Positions 11,201-21,462 of a stretch of 64,000 nt of DNA are shown in pieces. A program made the translations under genes and the position numbers. Below the pieces are notes generated by a model that searched no databases, was not told where the DNA came from, and was given only the letters and a program-made list of their open reading frames with translations. This DNA comes from Dudresnaya verticillata (taxonomy: Eukaryota), in contig OZ374561.1 of NCBI GenBank assembly GCA_977862235.1, forward strand, positions 2,356,001 to 2,420,000. The letters are read 5' to 3'. How positions within the stretch are numbered: position 1 is the stretch's first letter; every line of letters begins with the position of its first letter.

Positions 11201-12554
11201 GCTCCTTCGTGAAGACAAAGGGAACCCGCTTTCGGAATCAAAGGTTTATGAAACTTTTCCCTGCTAGCGGACCTTTGGCGTTTGTCGCTATCGACATTCT
11301 CGGGCCACTTCCGAATACGAAACGGGGTTATGTCTACCTTTTGGTAATAACCGATCGGTTCTCTAAGCTGACGCGCTGTATTCCGTTACGGACAACAACA
11401 GCCGTTGTGGTGGCTAACGCCTTTCTGGACTTTTGGGTGTATGCGTACGGCGCACCCCAATTTGTCCTAACCGATAACGGACCGCAATTTACTGCTAAGT
11501 TCTTTGACGCGGTGTGTTCCTTACTCGGAGTCAGGCATCTACTCACCGCTGCCTACCATCCGCAGACAAATGGGCAGGCTGAACGATTTAATAAGACAAT
11601 CGCTCAGCGTTTGCGCCATTACGTTGAGGATCATCACTCCGACTGGGATTTGTACCTGCAACCGTTGACATATGCGTACAACATACAGGTACACCGTATT
11701 ACGGAAACAACGCCATTTGATTTGGTGCTGATACGCCACCCATCGGACATTGTTGTACGAGGGGCTCCTGTCGAGCATCAAGAAACCGTTACGGAAGGGC
11801 GTATGACCCCTGTGCTACAGAAGCGGACACCATGCGCCGTTTACGGTATGCGCTCCAGACAGCGTGCACGAAGCAGACAGTGGCTCAGCAAAAAGCCAAG
11901 GCACTGTTTGACCGTAAGGTGCGCTTTACGCCCATAATCCGTAGCGGAGATCAAGTCTAGGTCGACCGGCCGCCCCATAACTTGCGGCCTGCCGAACGCC
12001 GTGAACGGGACCGATTGGAAGGCAAGCCGGATGATGTGGGCGAGGTGGCTCAGGAAATGAAGAAACTTCTTCCGAGAGCCACGGGGCCTTATGAAGTGGA
12101 ATCCGCAACGGAACATGTTGTAACAATCCGCAAGGAAGGGGTATTGATCCCCGTAAGTATCGATCGCATCACGAAGGTTCCGATCGGAGTTGCGGTTCAG
12201 CCGGTACCCTTAACAGTGCCGCCTGTCACGCCATCAACCGTCTACGGAGAAGTAGTGCCACATCCAGAAGATATTACAGTAGTACCTCCTTCTGAAGGTA
12301 CTACTCCCTCCGCGACGGAACCACTGCAAGCCGATACGGGATATGTGATCGACAAGATTGTCGGTCACCGCGACGAACCTACTGGGATGACATAAAAAGT
12401 CCGCTGGTATGGTTACCCTCCGGATCAGGACACTTTTGAGCCCGCGGAAGAGTTACCGCAGAATTTCATCTACCGATATTGGAAGCAAAAGAAAAAGACA
12501 TCCACTAAGGGTAAGCCACGGCGACGTGCTAATCCAACACGTCACTCACCGTAA
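8213..12554 (+). pseudogene. pol: Pol of element A: protease, RT, RNase H, integrase, chromodomain (disrupted)
   Basis: LDSRAG (mutant DSG), YLDD, TDACD, integrase core, chromodomain KVRWYGY...TFEP. Frameshifts near 8910 and 11830, stops at 9427 and 12393, RT Asp>His (TLHCNSG), integrase CxxC lost. Confidence 0.95.
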
Positions 12555-15500
12555 CGGACAGTTGGATTGGTGGGGTGTGAGAACACACAATGTTTATCGC
12601 AAGCTAAGATCGAGGCACAAGGGAAACCGTTAAGGAGATCGTCGAACTGTAACTCTAAGAATTTACGTCGACGCCGTTTCGGAGCAGGGGCAAATGTATC
12701 TTCCTCGTTGCTCCCCTGACCCGTTCGTAAGCCCGGTTCCCCACTCGGATCCGATTGGAATACGCGCTGCGTAGTGTCTCCCAAGACGCGAACCGCACTG
12801 TCCATGCGCAGACGCTGACGACGGACCACTGCGCGGAGATGAATCACCTTCTCCATCAGCCCCTCCGCTAAGGTTAGCACTTCCTGAACGGATCCTGGCA
12901 ATGGGAAGCGCTGCGTACGGCAAATGCCCCGTAGCACCTGTAACCCACCTTCCGTAGCGGCTAAATGAGCCGGAACCGTAACGGGGGGATCCTCATCTTC
13001 TTGAAACTCTACCTTCGGGGAGATCGACGGCTGATCCCCAACCCCGGCTTCGAGTGAATGCTCCGTTGAGGAAACTACCAACACGGACGGTCCCGACTCG
13101 GGTGAAGGTACGTCCTTCCGCAGCGGTGGATCCGTGTCCTTCTCTGGCGAGGCGATATCTGGCGAGGCGATATCGCTTCTCTATAACGGTTCAGGACTTG
13201 ACGCGAGAACCGAGGGCTTGTCTCCAGTTGCCCCAACAATTGGGCGCTTTGCAGCCACTTCCGATGCGGTGATCGACGCCGCATTCCCCGCTAGTGTGGG
13301 AGTGGGCGCCAACAGCGGAGCACTTGGCGGGAGCGGTTCAGCGCGGAAGGCATTTGCGTCGCAGGAGACAGTGCCGCCGGCACAGTATCCGGCGCCACTT
13401 CCGAAACGGTCTGCTCCTTTGAGGCCCTCTTCTCGGATGGCACCGTAGGCTTGGGCACCGCCATAGTCGGCGCAACCACGCCAATGGGCGTTGGGGCCTT
13501 ATCTGATACGGGAGTAGTAGTCTCACGATCCACATCGCGCGACTTGGGCGTCGCGACTACCGGAAGGATTGGAGCGGGTGTCTTCTCGCTACCCGCTGCC
13601 ATTGAGGCGACGGGCGTGACCTCCTCCTGTTCTTCCAAGAAGGGGTCAGCTTCTTGCTGCCTCACCGTAACGGAATCGCGCGGGTCGATTGTACGCGAAC
13701 GCCCCGCTGCCTCCTGACAGCTCACCCAATCTTCAGCCCCGTCCAAACCGTCACGGTACGCATCCCTCGGTGCTTGGCGAGGGGCATGGCCCCGATGGGC
13801 CTGCACCTCTAAGGCCAACCATTCCGGACGCGGATCTTCTCGATGAAGGAAATATGGCTCACCCACGCCGGGCCTAAGCGGGGGCACCGATAGGACATGG
13901 TCCTCGTCCCAATTATACCCCAAGAAGCCCGGAGTGCGTGGCCAATCCTGCTCTCCGTGTACGGATAAAAGACGCTCAACCCGATGGAGAGGGTACGCCG
14001 ACCCCGTCACCAAATCGGCTACGCCGACTTGGCGAATTAGGGCGATCACCGTTACGGGAAGTTGAAAGATACGGCCACAGTCTCCTCCGGGCAGGTCATC
14101 CTCATCCCGTGGGAAGCATCGCCAGTCAGCTAACTTGGTGTTATACCGTACTCCGTAATAGGCCACCTGGAGCCACGAGAAGAGCACCAGCATGGCCCAT
14201 TCCGATCGGAAGATGCGCCACAGTACATCGAGCTGATCTTGATTCGGGGGACGTTCTCCGTTCGGATGCTTGTGATTCCACTCCCGTTCGGTGAGTAAGT
14301 CCGCCGAGAAGTACGCTACGACGGACGGCGTGGGGACAGACAACCAACGGGTCACCTCATAACGCGCCCACCATGACGGAGCTGTAAGGTACAATTCACG
14401 ACGCACCCGATACGGAAGATGGAGGAACTCCTTAGTGTTCCACGTATGCAGGATTGGCGAGCCAACTTGTATTCCGTCACGGGAACGAGTTCGCAAACGG
14501 TGTTCCGTCGCGGCATCATCCTTGCACCCATCGGCATAGCGGAACCAATATACCGATTGGTCATAGGGGCGGTCGAAGCAAATGAATTGCACTCCGACCG
14601 GCGCACCCCGGAGACGGAAACCTGTGGCCAACAGGTGACTCACCTTTGCGGGATATCCTACCTCCCCATGGCAGCGATACCACAACAAATCCGAAACGGT
14701 AGAGATCCTCGATTGACAATAGCCATGCACCCATCGGCTTTGCCACTCAAATTCTCTCCGATTCGGAACAACGCCAATGCGTTGATTCGCCTTGAAGGGT
14801 TGCGCCATGATGGCCTTGTACCTTCTTGCTTCCAAGACGGTTGGATATTTCTCAATGAAGAGGTCCACCGTCATCAGGGGCTTAATCTTTGCCCTTTCCG
14901 CATCGGTTCTAGCCGGGTGCCCCGCGCGATGATCAAAGTGGTGCCCCTGCCAATAAACACTCGGGGGCACGGCCCTCTCCATCACGCCCGTATACCCGGG
15001 GATGCACCACCGGCCACCAAGGTCCCGGTGCAGGTGGGTTGATTTGCGGGGGCCCACGCATCCGTCTCGGTGTACTTGAGGAAGGATGTGGACTGGAAAC
15101 CCTCCTACGACTCGGCGTCGATACCGGTGTCGATGGTGTCCGTAACGGAATGGCCGGTAGGTCTGCCAAGCTGAGCTCCTCGCCACCACGATGGAACGCA
15201 TCATCGCGCTCCTCGGTTGGCGCCTCTCCGTCACGGTGGGTCGCTGCACTCCCTGGTAGCACGGTCCTTGTGGCTGCGCTCGCAGCAAACCGATTCGGAT
15301 CGTAGACCGACCACCCTCGGCTCGCTGATGGAGCCGGTGAAGGTTCCGTCACGGCAGTGCTCGTACGACCGCCCGTCGCGGGTCACGTCGCTGCAGCCGA
15401 GGAAGAAGCCGGCGCTTGCGTCGAAGCATCCGTAACGGTTCGCGCGCCCTGCGCCCGAGTAGTGGAAGCAGCGCGGGAACGCCGTGTCGGTTGAAAGGGC

Positions 15501-15576
15501 GACGGTGAGCGCTTGGTATTCTCCCCTGACATGGTGGGAGAAGCGCGCACAAAGGGGAAGGGGCTGATGAGAACAC
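12542..15576 (-). pseudogene. Large antisense ORF of element A, unknown function (core 13291-15288; frameshifted)
   Basis: A 665-codon open frame, with adjoining frames 14933-15352, 15349-15576 and 12542-13084, fills the space between chromodomain and PPT. Its central domain resembles element B's antisense ORF. Exact 5' extent uncertain. Confidence 0.75.
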
Positions 15577-15660
15577 TTCCGTATGGGGTGTGTGTGTGTT
15601 CGTGGGTGGGGAAGCGATAGTGATCCGCTACGGTGGGCGCCCGAGGACGTGGCGTTATTT

Positions 15661-15671
15661 AAGGAGGGGAG
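15661..15671 (+). promoter_or_regulatory. Polypurine tract of element A
   Basis: AAGGAGGGGAG immediately before the 3' LTR at 15674. Confidence 0.9.
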
Positions 15672-15673
15672 TC

Positions 15674-16198
15674 TGTGGTGAAGTGAGCCGTGGCGCGCAT
15701 GCGGCCCACCGACGGCGAACCAACCGTAACGGGTGATGTGGCAATACACCACGCTGATGATCTGGCAACGTGTAACCGTGTCGGATGTTGTGCGCATTGC
15801 TGTACGCCGGTACGCATTGCTGTACAGCAGTGAAGCGCACCAACCATACCGGAGTATTTGTAGTGTTTATTCTTTATTTTTAGTGAGTATCTGTACAGTA
15901 TGTAGAGTAGTGCGCCAGCCAATGAGAATGCTGCGCATGTCCGTGTCGGAGATTGGGACCAGCAGGGCCGATTCCACCATAGGACCAAACCACTAGGGTC
16001 TGGCCCCCACGGACCGGACCGCTCGGTACCACCCCCTTGTCTGTTGTTTCACAATATCCGTCTCGGTTAGCTGCTAGCTGTTCTCCCGTTACGGTGCGAA
16101 CTGATCTACCACCCCGTGGAGGTAGTGTTGCTCTCGTCCGTCAAGGAAGGTCAGGCCAGCTGTCCGTCTCGGAGTTCGTGGGTTTTCACTACACCACA
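15674..16198 (+). repeat. 3' LTR of element A (525 bp; lacks a 150-bp internal segment)
   Basis: Direct repeat of 4937-5611, followed by TSD GAATA. Confidence 0.97.
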
Positions 16199-16633
16199 GA
16201 ATATCTCAGACAGCGCAGCATCCGGCCTTCCAAACTCCAGTTCCAGATCGCACCAACGGCAGATGGTGCCAAGACCGCGAGCCAGAACACAGAAGGAAAA
16301 CACAGCAGTTGTGCGGTAGCGGCGGCGGGTAGTGACATTTCGCTCTGCAGGCCACTTCATCTTCTGAACGATGCGGTAGATGTCACTTTTGCGGAAGCGA
16401 ATGCGCTGCAGGCAGACCATGTCGTCGATGGCGTCAAGGTCGAAGCGCATCTCGCTAATGCGCAGGTGCCTCTAGCGGCTGAGAGCCTGCTCTCCCTCGG
16501 CGTAGAGCACGTCCCGCAGGAAGAAGCAGGCCATGGCGTTGCTCAGATCCGCGCCGCGGGAGCGTGCCACAAGCAGAATGGACTCTGTAGATCGGTCGCG
16601 GTGCTTGGAAATGGTAGCGTCACGGATCCGCAT
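16199..16633 (-). pseudogene. PIF/Harbinger transposase, N-terminal segment
   Basis: ATG at 16633 (MRIRDATISK...), one in-frame stop, then MRFDLDAIDDMVCLQRIRFRKSD...CRWCDLELEFGR...ALSEIF. It joins YEALEF at 4931 in frame once element A and one TSD are removed. Confidence 0.88.
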
Positions 16634-16655
16634 GTTGTGTTGCCTGGCTGGAGTG

Positions 16656-17300
16656 TGTAGTAGTGTTGGTCGTCAAGGCAGAAACCCGCCACCCGGCAAG
16701 GACAGCTGCCCTGACGGTGCACAACACACTAGCTTAGGTAGCTCGGGAAAAGGGGTTGGTAGAGTCTTTGAAAGGCACAGAGCCTAAGGGAAAAGGGGGA
16801 AAAGGGGCGGCGCCACCCAGCTCGCACAGAGCAACCGTCGTGTGGAGGCAAGGCTCGTAAAGCACCTGAAAGGGAGGTTACGGTGAGTCCGTGAATTCCA
16901 GAAAAAGGGGAAAGACCCGAAACCCACCGTAGGTTCTATTCAGGAGGCCCCTGCTACTCAGGGGCCTATTAAGTATACAGAGCCGAAAATGCTCTTACCT
17001 CCTATGAGCTATTCTAAGCTGTTCTAACTGTCATTATTAATCTAATTGTACTGTTGTCAGTTATAAATACGGATTAGTGGTAGTACCGCGTCGGGACGCG
17101 TGAGTGGCCACAATAAATTACCCAATGGCAATTTGCCATCAATTTTGGTGCCAGCAAGGACGCCAGCAGGGCGCCTCATCCTTACAGCGCACGGTGCTTG
17201 TGCGCGCCTTACAGCTTGATGCGCGTGGGCGTCTTACACCTTAATGCGCACAGATACCTTACAGTGCGCCAGCACTTCTGCTGCGGCTCATTCTTCCACA
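16656..17300 (-). repeat. 3' LTR of element B copy 1
   Basis: TGTAGTAG...CTTCCACA; direct repeat of 29181-29825; the minus strand has PPT GAGGGGG-CCG just before it. Confidence 0.97.
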
Positions 17301-17518
17301 CGGCCCCCTCGTTAAAGCTGAGAGACCCGCGAAGCCAGCAAGGCTGTTTCTATTGGCCCCGTCTTGGACGAGCTTGAAATCCCAGTGGGGTATTGGGCCA
17401 ACAGGTCACTTGTAACTGCCGCCACTGGCGGCCGTTGTGGAACCGTTCGCAGTAGTGACAAATCACTGACTTCGCCGTCCCACTCTCGACGACGACCGTC
17501 TGACTATTCCGACGACCA

Positions 17519-20103
17519 GTGTGCGCTTTGGCGCGGAAAGCCCGAACCGGCTGCATATTTCAGCGACTTCTCAGCGGCTTCCGCTACAGTTCCCTGTGCA
17601 CATCCTCACGTCACACCACCATCTCCAACGCCTCCGCGCTTTGGATCGGCGACCCATCTAGGTTCGCGTACTTCCTCCGTGGCGGCGGTCTGCGCACCTT
17701 GCAGAAGCGGGACCCGCTGTACCCTGTCGCCACCGTGCACCGCTTCCTACGGCCGGGTCGTCACGGGCGCAACAGTCAAGAATAGCCACTGTGGCTGGAT
17801 AGAAGACCTGTTCACCCCGTGGAAGTCAAGATGAGTTACAGACAGATGGCTTATGGCGCGGCAGGTTCGAGCACCGGTGTGCTGGGCGTTGATGTTGACG
17901 AGGTCGGCGTCCCCTTTTCCATCAAGGAGAGTCGCGATTGGCGCGTACGCACCGACTTGACGCACCTGAAAGCGCATGCGGGCGCTGATGTTTCCGACAT
18001 TCGCCGTCGCGGGATGCGCAAGGCGCAGCGCCGCACGTGGCATTCGCATGCCCGTGCCCGTTTGTCCTTGTTGACGGGTTTGACCCGCCGCCTGCCCACC
18101 CTCACGGGTCCGTGGCAGTGGGACTTAGCGCATCCGCGCTTTCGTCATGAGGTGCGCTACACAGCCACCTTATGCAACAAGCTCAACTTGGAGCTGGAGG
18201 AGATCCAACAGGTTCACGATAGTGGCCAGTTTGACCTGGGGATGGTAGCGCATGAGCGTCCGCTGATTCCAGCGGCAGGGACAACTTCCATAATACCAAA
18301 GCGCGTGTCGTGCGCTGGGATGAAACATCCAACTTCAAATACGCGTTGGACAATCCCCAAACGGCCATGGCGTCCGACCTGGTACGCTTCGAACGTAGGA
18401 ATCGCCACCGTACTGGCTGTTTTGTGCCAGCGCACTGCCAAGAGGTCCCCTCCATGAAGCCGGATTTCTATAGGGTCAAATACCCTCAAGTTACGGGCGA
18501 CCATGCGGATCTGGAAGTCTCCTATTCCATGCCGGTGGGCACGGCCACTATCATAGCCTATCTTGGCTTAGAGATGATGGACGGTCATGCCGACGAAAAC
18601 CTCTCATGGTCGATATGTCGGCATGAGTGGATAGTCATGGTGACTCAGGTGTTTGTCTAAGAAGCCCGTCGGGGCTTGCTGTACTTCATTAGCGCTCGTC
18701 TTCGTGGAGCCATTCGGGCCATAGGCGCGGCCGCCTTCTTTGCCAACTCGGCGGATGCCGAGGATCTGGACCAGCTATTGGTGTTCTGTGAGCGTATCCG
18801 CTGGAGCGGTATCACCAAGCGCAATAGGCACTGGCCAGAGAACACTGGCCACGTAACCCCGGTCTACGACCGCGGGGACTGGGTCGAGTTCGACCCTGTC
18901 AAATGGCATCCAGTCCTCCCCGACTATTTGATGGCGCCGATACCCGGGGAGGGTGAGGCCATTACTCTCGACGAGGGCGAGCGCCGAACCGGCTACACGA
19001 AAGGATGGGTAAGCATCCGTTAGCGAGATGAAGGGCCTAAACACCCTGATGAGGTACCTCCTTTTGATGACACCGTCGATGGGGAGACTCAGGGGCCGTA
19101 TGCCCCAGTGTTGCCCCATCATCATCGGGCTGACGCCGAGATTAGGGATCTGTTTGGTCGGAGGGGTTTGGCCATCCGCTTGGCTGCCCACTGGGGCATT
19201 TATTCCCTCAACCTTCACAGTCTTGCTGACTGGGTGGAGGACGTCTTAGCCGAATATGAGGCTCATTGGATTGGCACCCGTGGTCCCATTGAGCGTCTCC
19301 TGGCTCATCTGGAGAAATTACCACCATTGGGCGGCCCAAAGGAGGAGCCGGGTGTCCAGGTCAAGAGAGAGCCTGGCTCTAAGGTTCGCCGCGGCATCGG
19401 CTACGGGAAGCCGGGTTCTTCCGCCCAAGGCTCGTCCGGAGCCATTCTGGCACCTGACGCTCGTGAAGCCACTGCGGCTGACGCGTCGAAGATTCCACGC
19501 GAAGAGCCGTCGGCTGGGATCTCTAACGAGGGGTTAACTATATCATCCAAGACCACCGACGGTCCGGCTCAGCCATTGGCTTCTCGAGTTGGAGTCCCTC
19601 TGCGCTCCGTGCTGCCAGGCTCCATGCCTACTTCTAGCGGCGCGTTACCACGCGTGGCGCCATCTGGGCCTTTGCAGCTACAGCCGCCTGCAACCAGAGG
19701 GGGGTTGGAGGCTTCGCCAGGCCCAAGCCCTACAGTGGCACCGCCGCCGACGTCGAGTCAGGCTGAGCTGCCTTCGGATGGGGCCAAGGAGGTTTCCTCT
19801 GCGCTTCAGAGCGATGAGCCGGTGGCTAAGGACGACTTGATCGTCAAGACGGAACTGGTCCTCAAGGAGGAGGAAGAGTTGGCTCCTGTGGGGGGCGATA
19901 TTACGCCGATGGATGTGGACCCGACGACAGCCAACGAGGCTCAAGGAACGGCAATGGAGGGTACCCGCCGGGGTCGTGGACCGCGTCGTGGCCAGGGTCG
20001 GCGGATCATCCGCGAGGTGCGCCGCATCGTGACGACGCGGGCGCCTTCTGCGCCTAACCCGCCTCTTGGCGATGAAGAGGTCATTGACCTCCTATCGGAT
20101 TAG
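17519..20103 (+). pseudogene. Large antisense ORF of element B copy 1, unknown function
   Basis: ORFs 17519, 17819, 18310, 18676 and 19108 form one frame once a 1-bp deletion (18269/18270) and three stops are allowed. It ends EEVIDLLSD*. Confidence 0.78.
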
Positions 20104-21057
20104 CCGAGCTAAGCCCCTTGTCTTTGAGGCATCGAGCCTGGTAGGGGTTAGAAGCCTACTCCAGCGGCTTAACCGCTTAGTAATAAACTTCGTCTTGTAT
20201 GCGTAACACACTGCTTCGGTAGGCTTCGAGCCTTCACCTCCAGCGCTACTTTTCTTCCTAGTGAGACAGTGGTGCCTTGCTTGTTCAGGCACCGTGGGAC
20301 AACCTATTATTGGTTGACCAATACGCCTCCCTAGCGTCTGTCGCTGCCTGAGCGCGTGCCAGCAATGTCGACAGTTGCTCTACAGTGCAGTGCGACGCAC
20401 TGTAGCGCATTTTGGCGCAAAAGCCTGTATGGCTGCTAATTGGCCACACCGCTCCGCCACCCTGCTGTAGCCTTTCCAGGGGCTTTTGGTTGCTCGTTAC
20501 AAGTACCATTTGGGTGCTAGCGCCATGAGCCCCTTAGGCTTACGCAGCCTCTTTGGACGCCGTCACGGTTTAACGTGCTTCTCGAATTCTCAGCGTCCAT
20601 TCGCTTGCTTTTCCCAGATGAAGTGGGGTCTCACGCGTCTCCCCGCAGTTGTCGCAACCCAAGGGTGGGGTGTCGTAAAGAGACTCATGAGTCTGGGGTT
20701 AGGCGCCTTTTTGCCTTACGCCCTTACTGGGTTCAATCCCATCGTGTTGGTAGCGGTAGCGTTGCTTCTGGGCAGTTCAGCCGCCAGGAAGCGTCGTAAC
20801 GCTTATGAATTAGGGTCATAATAAATTATAAGTTAGTCAGCGAGACTGTAAATCACCCGCAAATAGCCCTAGCGAGGCCTCCATAACTTGTACCTTTCAG
20901 GAGTGATCCCTTGAGGTAGCCAGGTTTTGGCCATCCTACCCATCAAGGTATTGCCCTGACGCTAGCGTTAGTTGCTCCTCCGACGAGGCATCGAATCCTA
21001 AATCCCCCGCTTACGCTCGCCTTAGCGAGATTATCTTACAGAGTCCACCTCTTGTTC

Positions 21058-21202
21058 ACATCTATCCATTTACATGCATCTATCCAGATTCTTGACTCTT
21101 CTTCCATCTATCCATAATATACATCTATCCAGAGTCTTGACTCTTCTTTCATCTATCCATTTCCACATCTATCCAGAGTCTTGACTCTTCTTCCATCCAT
21201 CT
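21058..21202. repeat. Tandem array, ~3 x 45 bp, built from CATCTATCCA and GAGTCTTGACTCTTCTT
   Basis: CATCTATCCA occurs six times; (GA)(G/T)TCTTGACTCTTCTT three times. Confidence 0.9.
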
Positions 21203-21462
21203 GGTCGCATCTTCTGAGAGGCTAACCTCTGCGTCTGCGCGCCCGGTCATGGGTGTATCCCGCACATAGCCCATAGGCTGGACTCATATAGGCGCGAGGA
21301 TGCCCCTTTCGAAACAGAACCACTGTTCTCCCTCAACTCACAACGATTATATCTCAGAGTCGTAGATATGACTTCGTACAGCATAACTACTGCTTGGATG
21401 TGCGGGTCTGACTGAGCCCAATTGTAGGTCTGGCGCCTTACTCAACACGGTTACTCACTACG

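Larger units (their letters stand above)
4937..16198 (+). mobile_element. Full-length Ty3/gypsy chromodomain LTR retrotransposon A (decayed)
   Basis: Paired TG...CA LTRs; 5-bp TSD GAATA (4932-4936, 16199-16203); PBS, gag, PR-RT-RH-IN-chromodomain order, PPT. Confidence 0.97.

Noticed and set aside
13291..15288. env gene
   Set aside because: Antisense orientation, with no signal peptide or clear C-terminal TM anchor.
21058..21202. CRISPR-like array
   Set aside because: Intervening sequences are repeated or very short, there are no cas genes, and the context is a eukaryotic retrotransposon.
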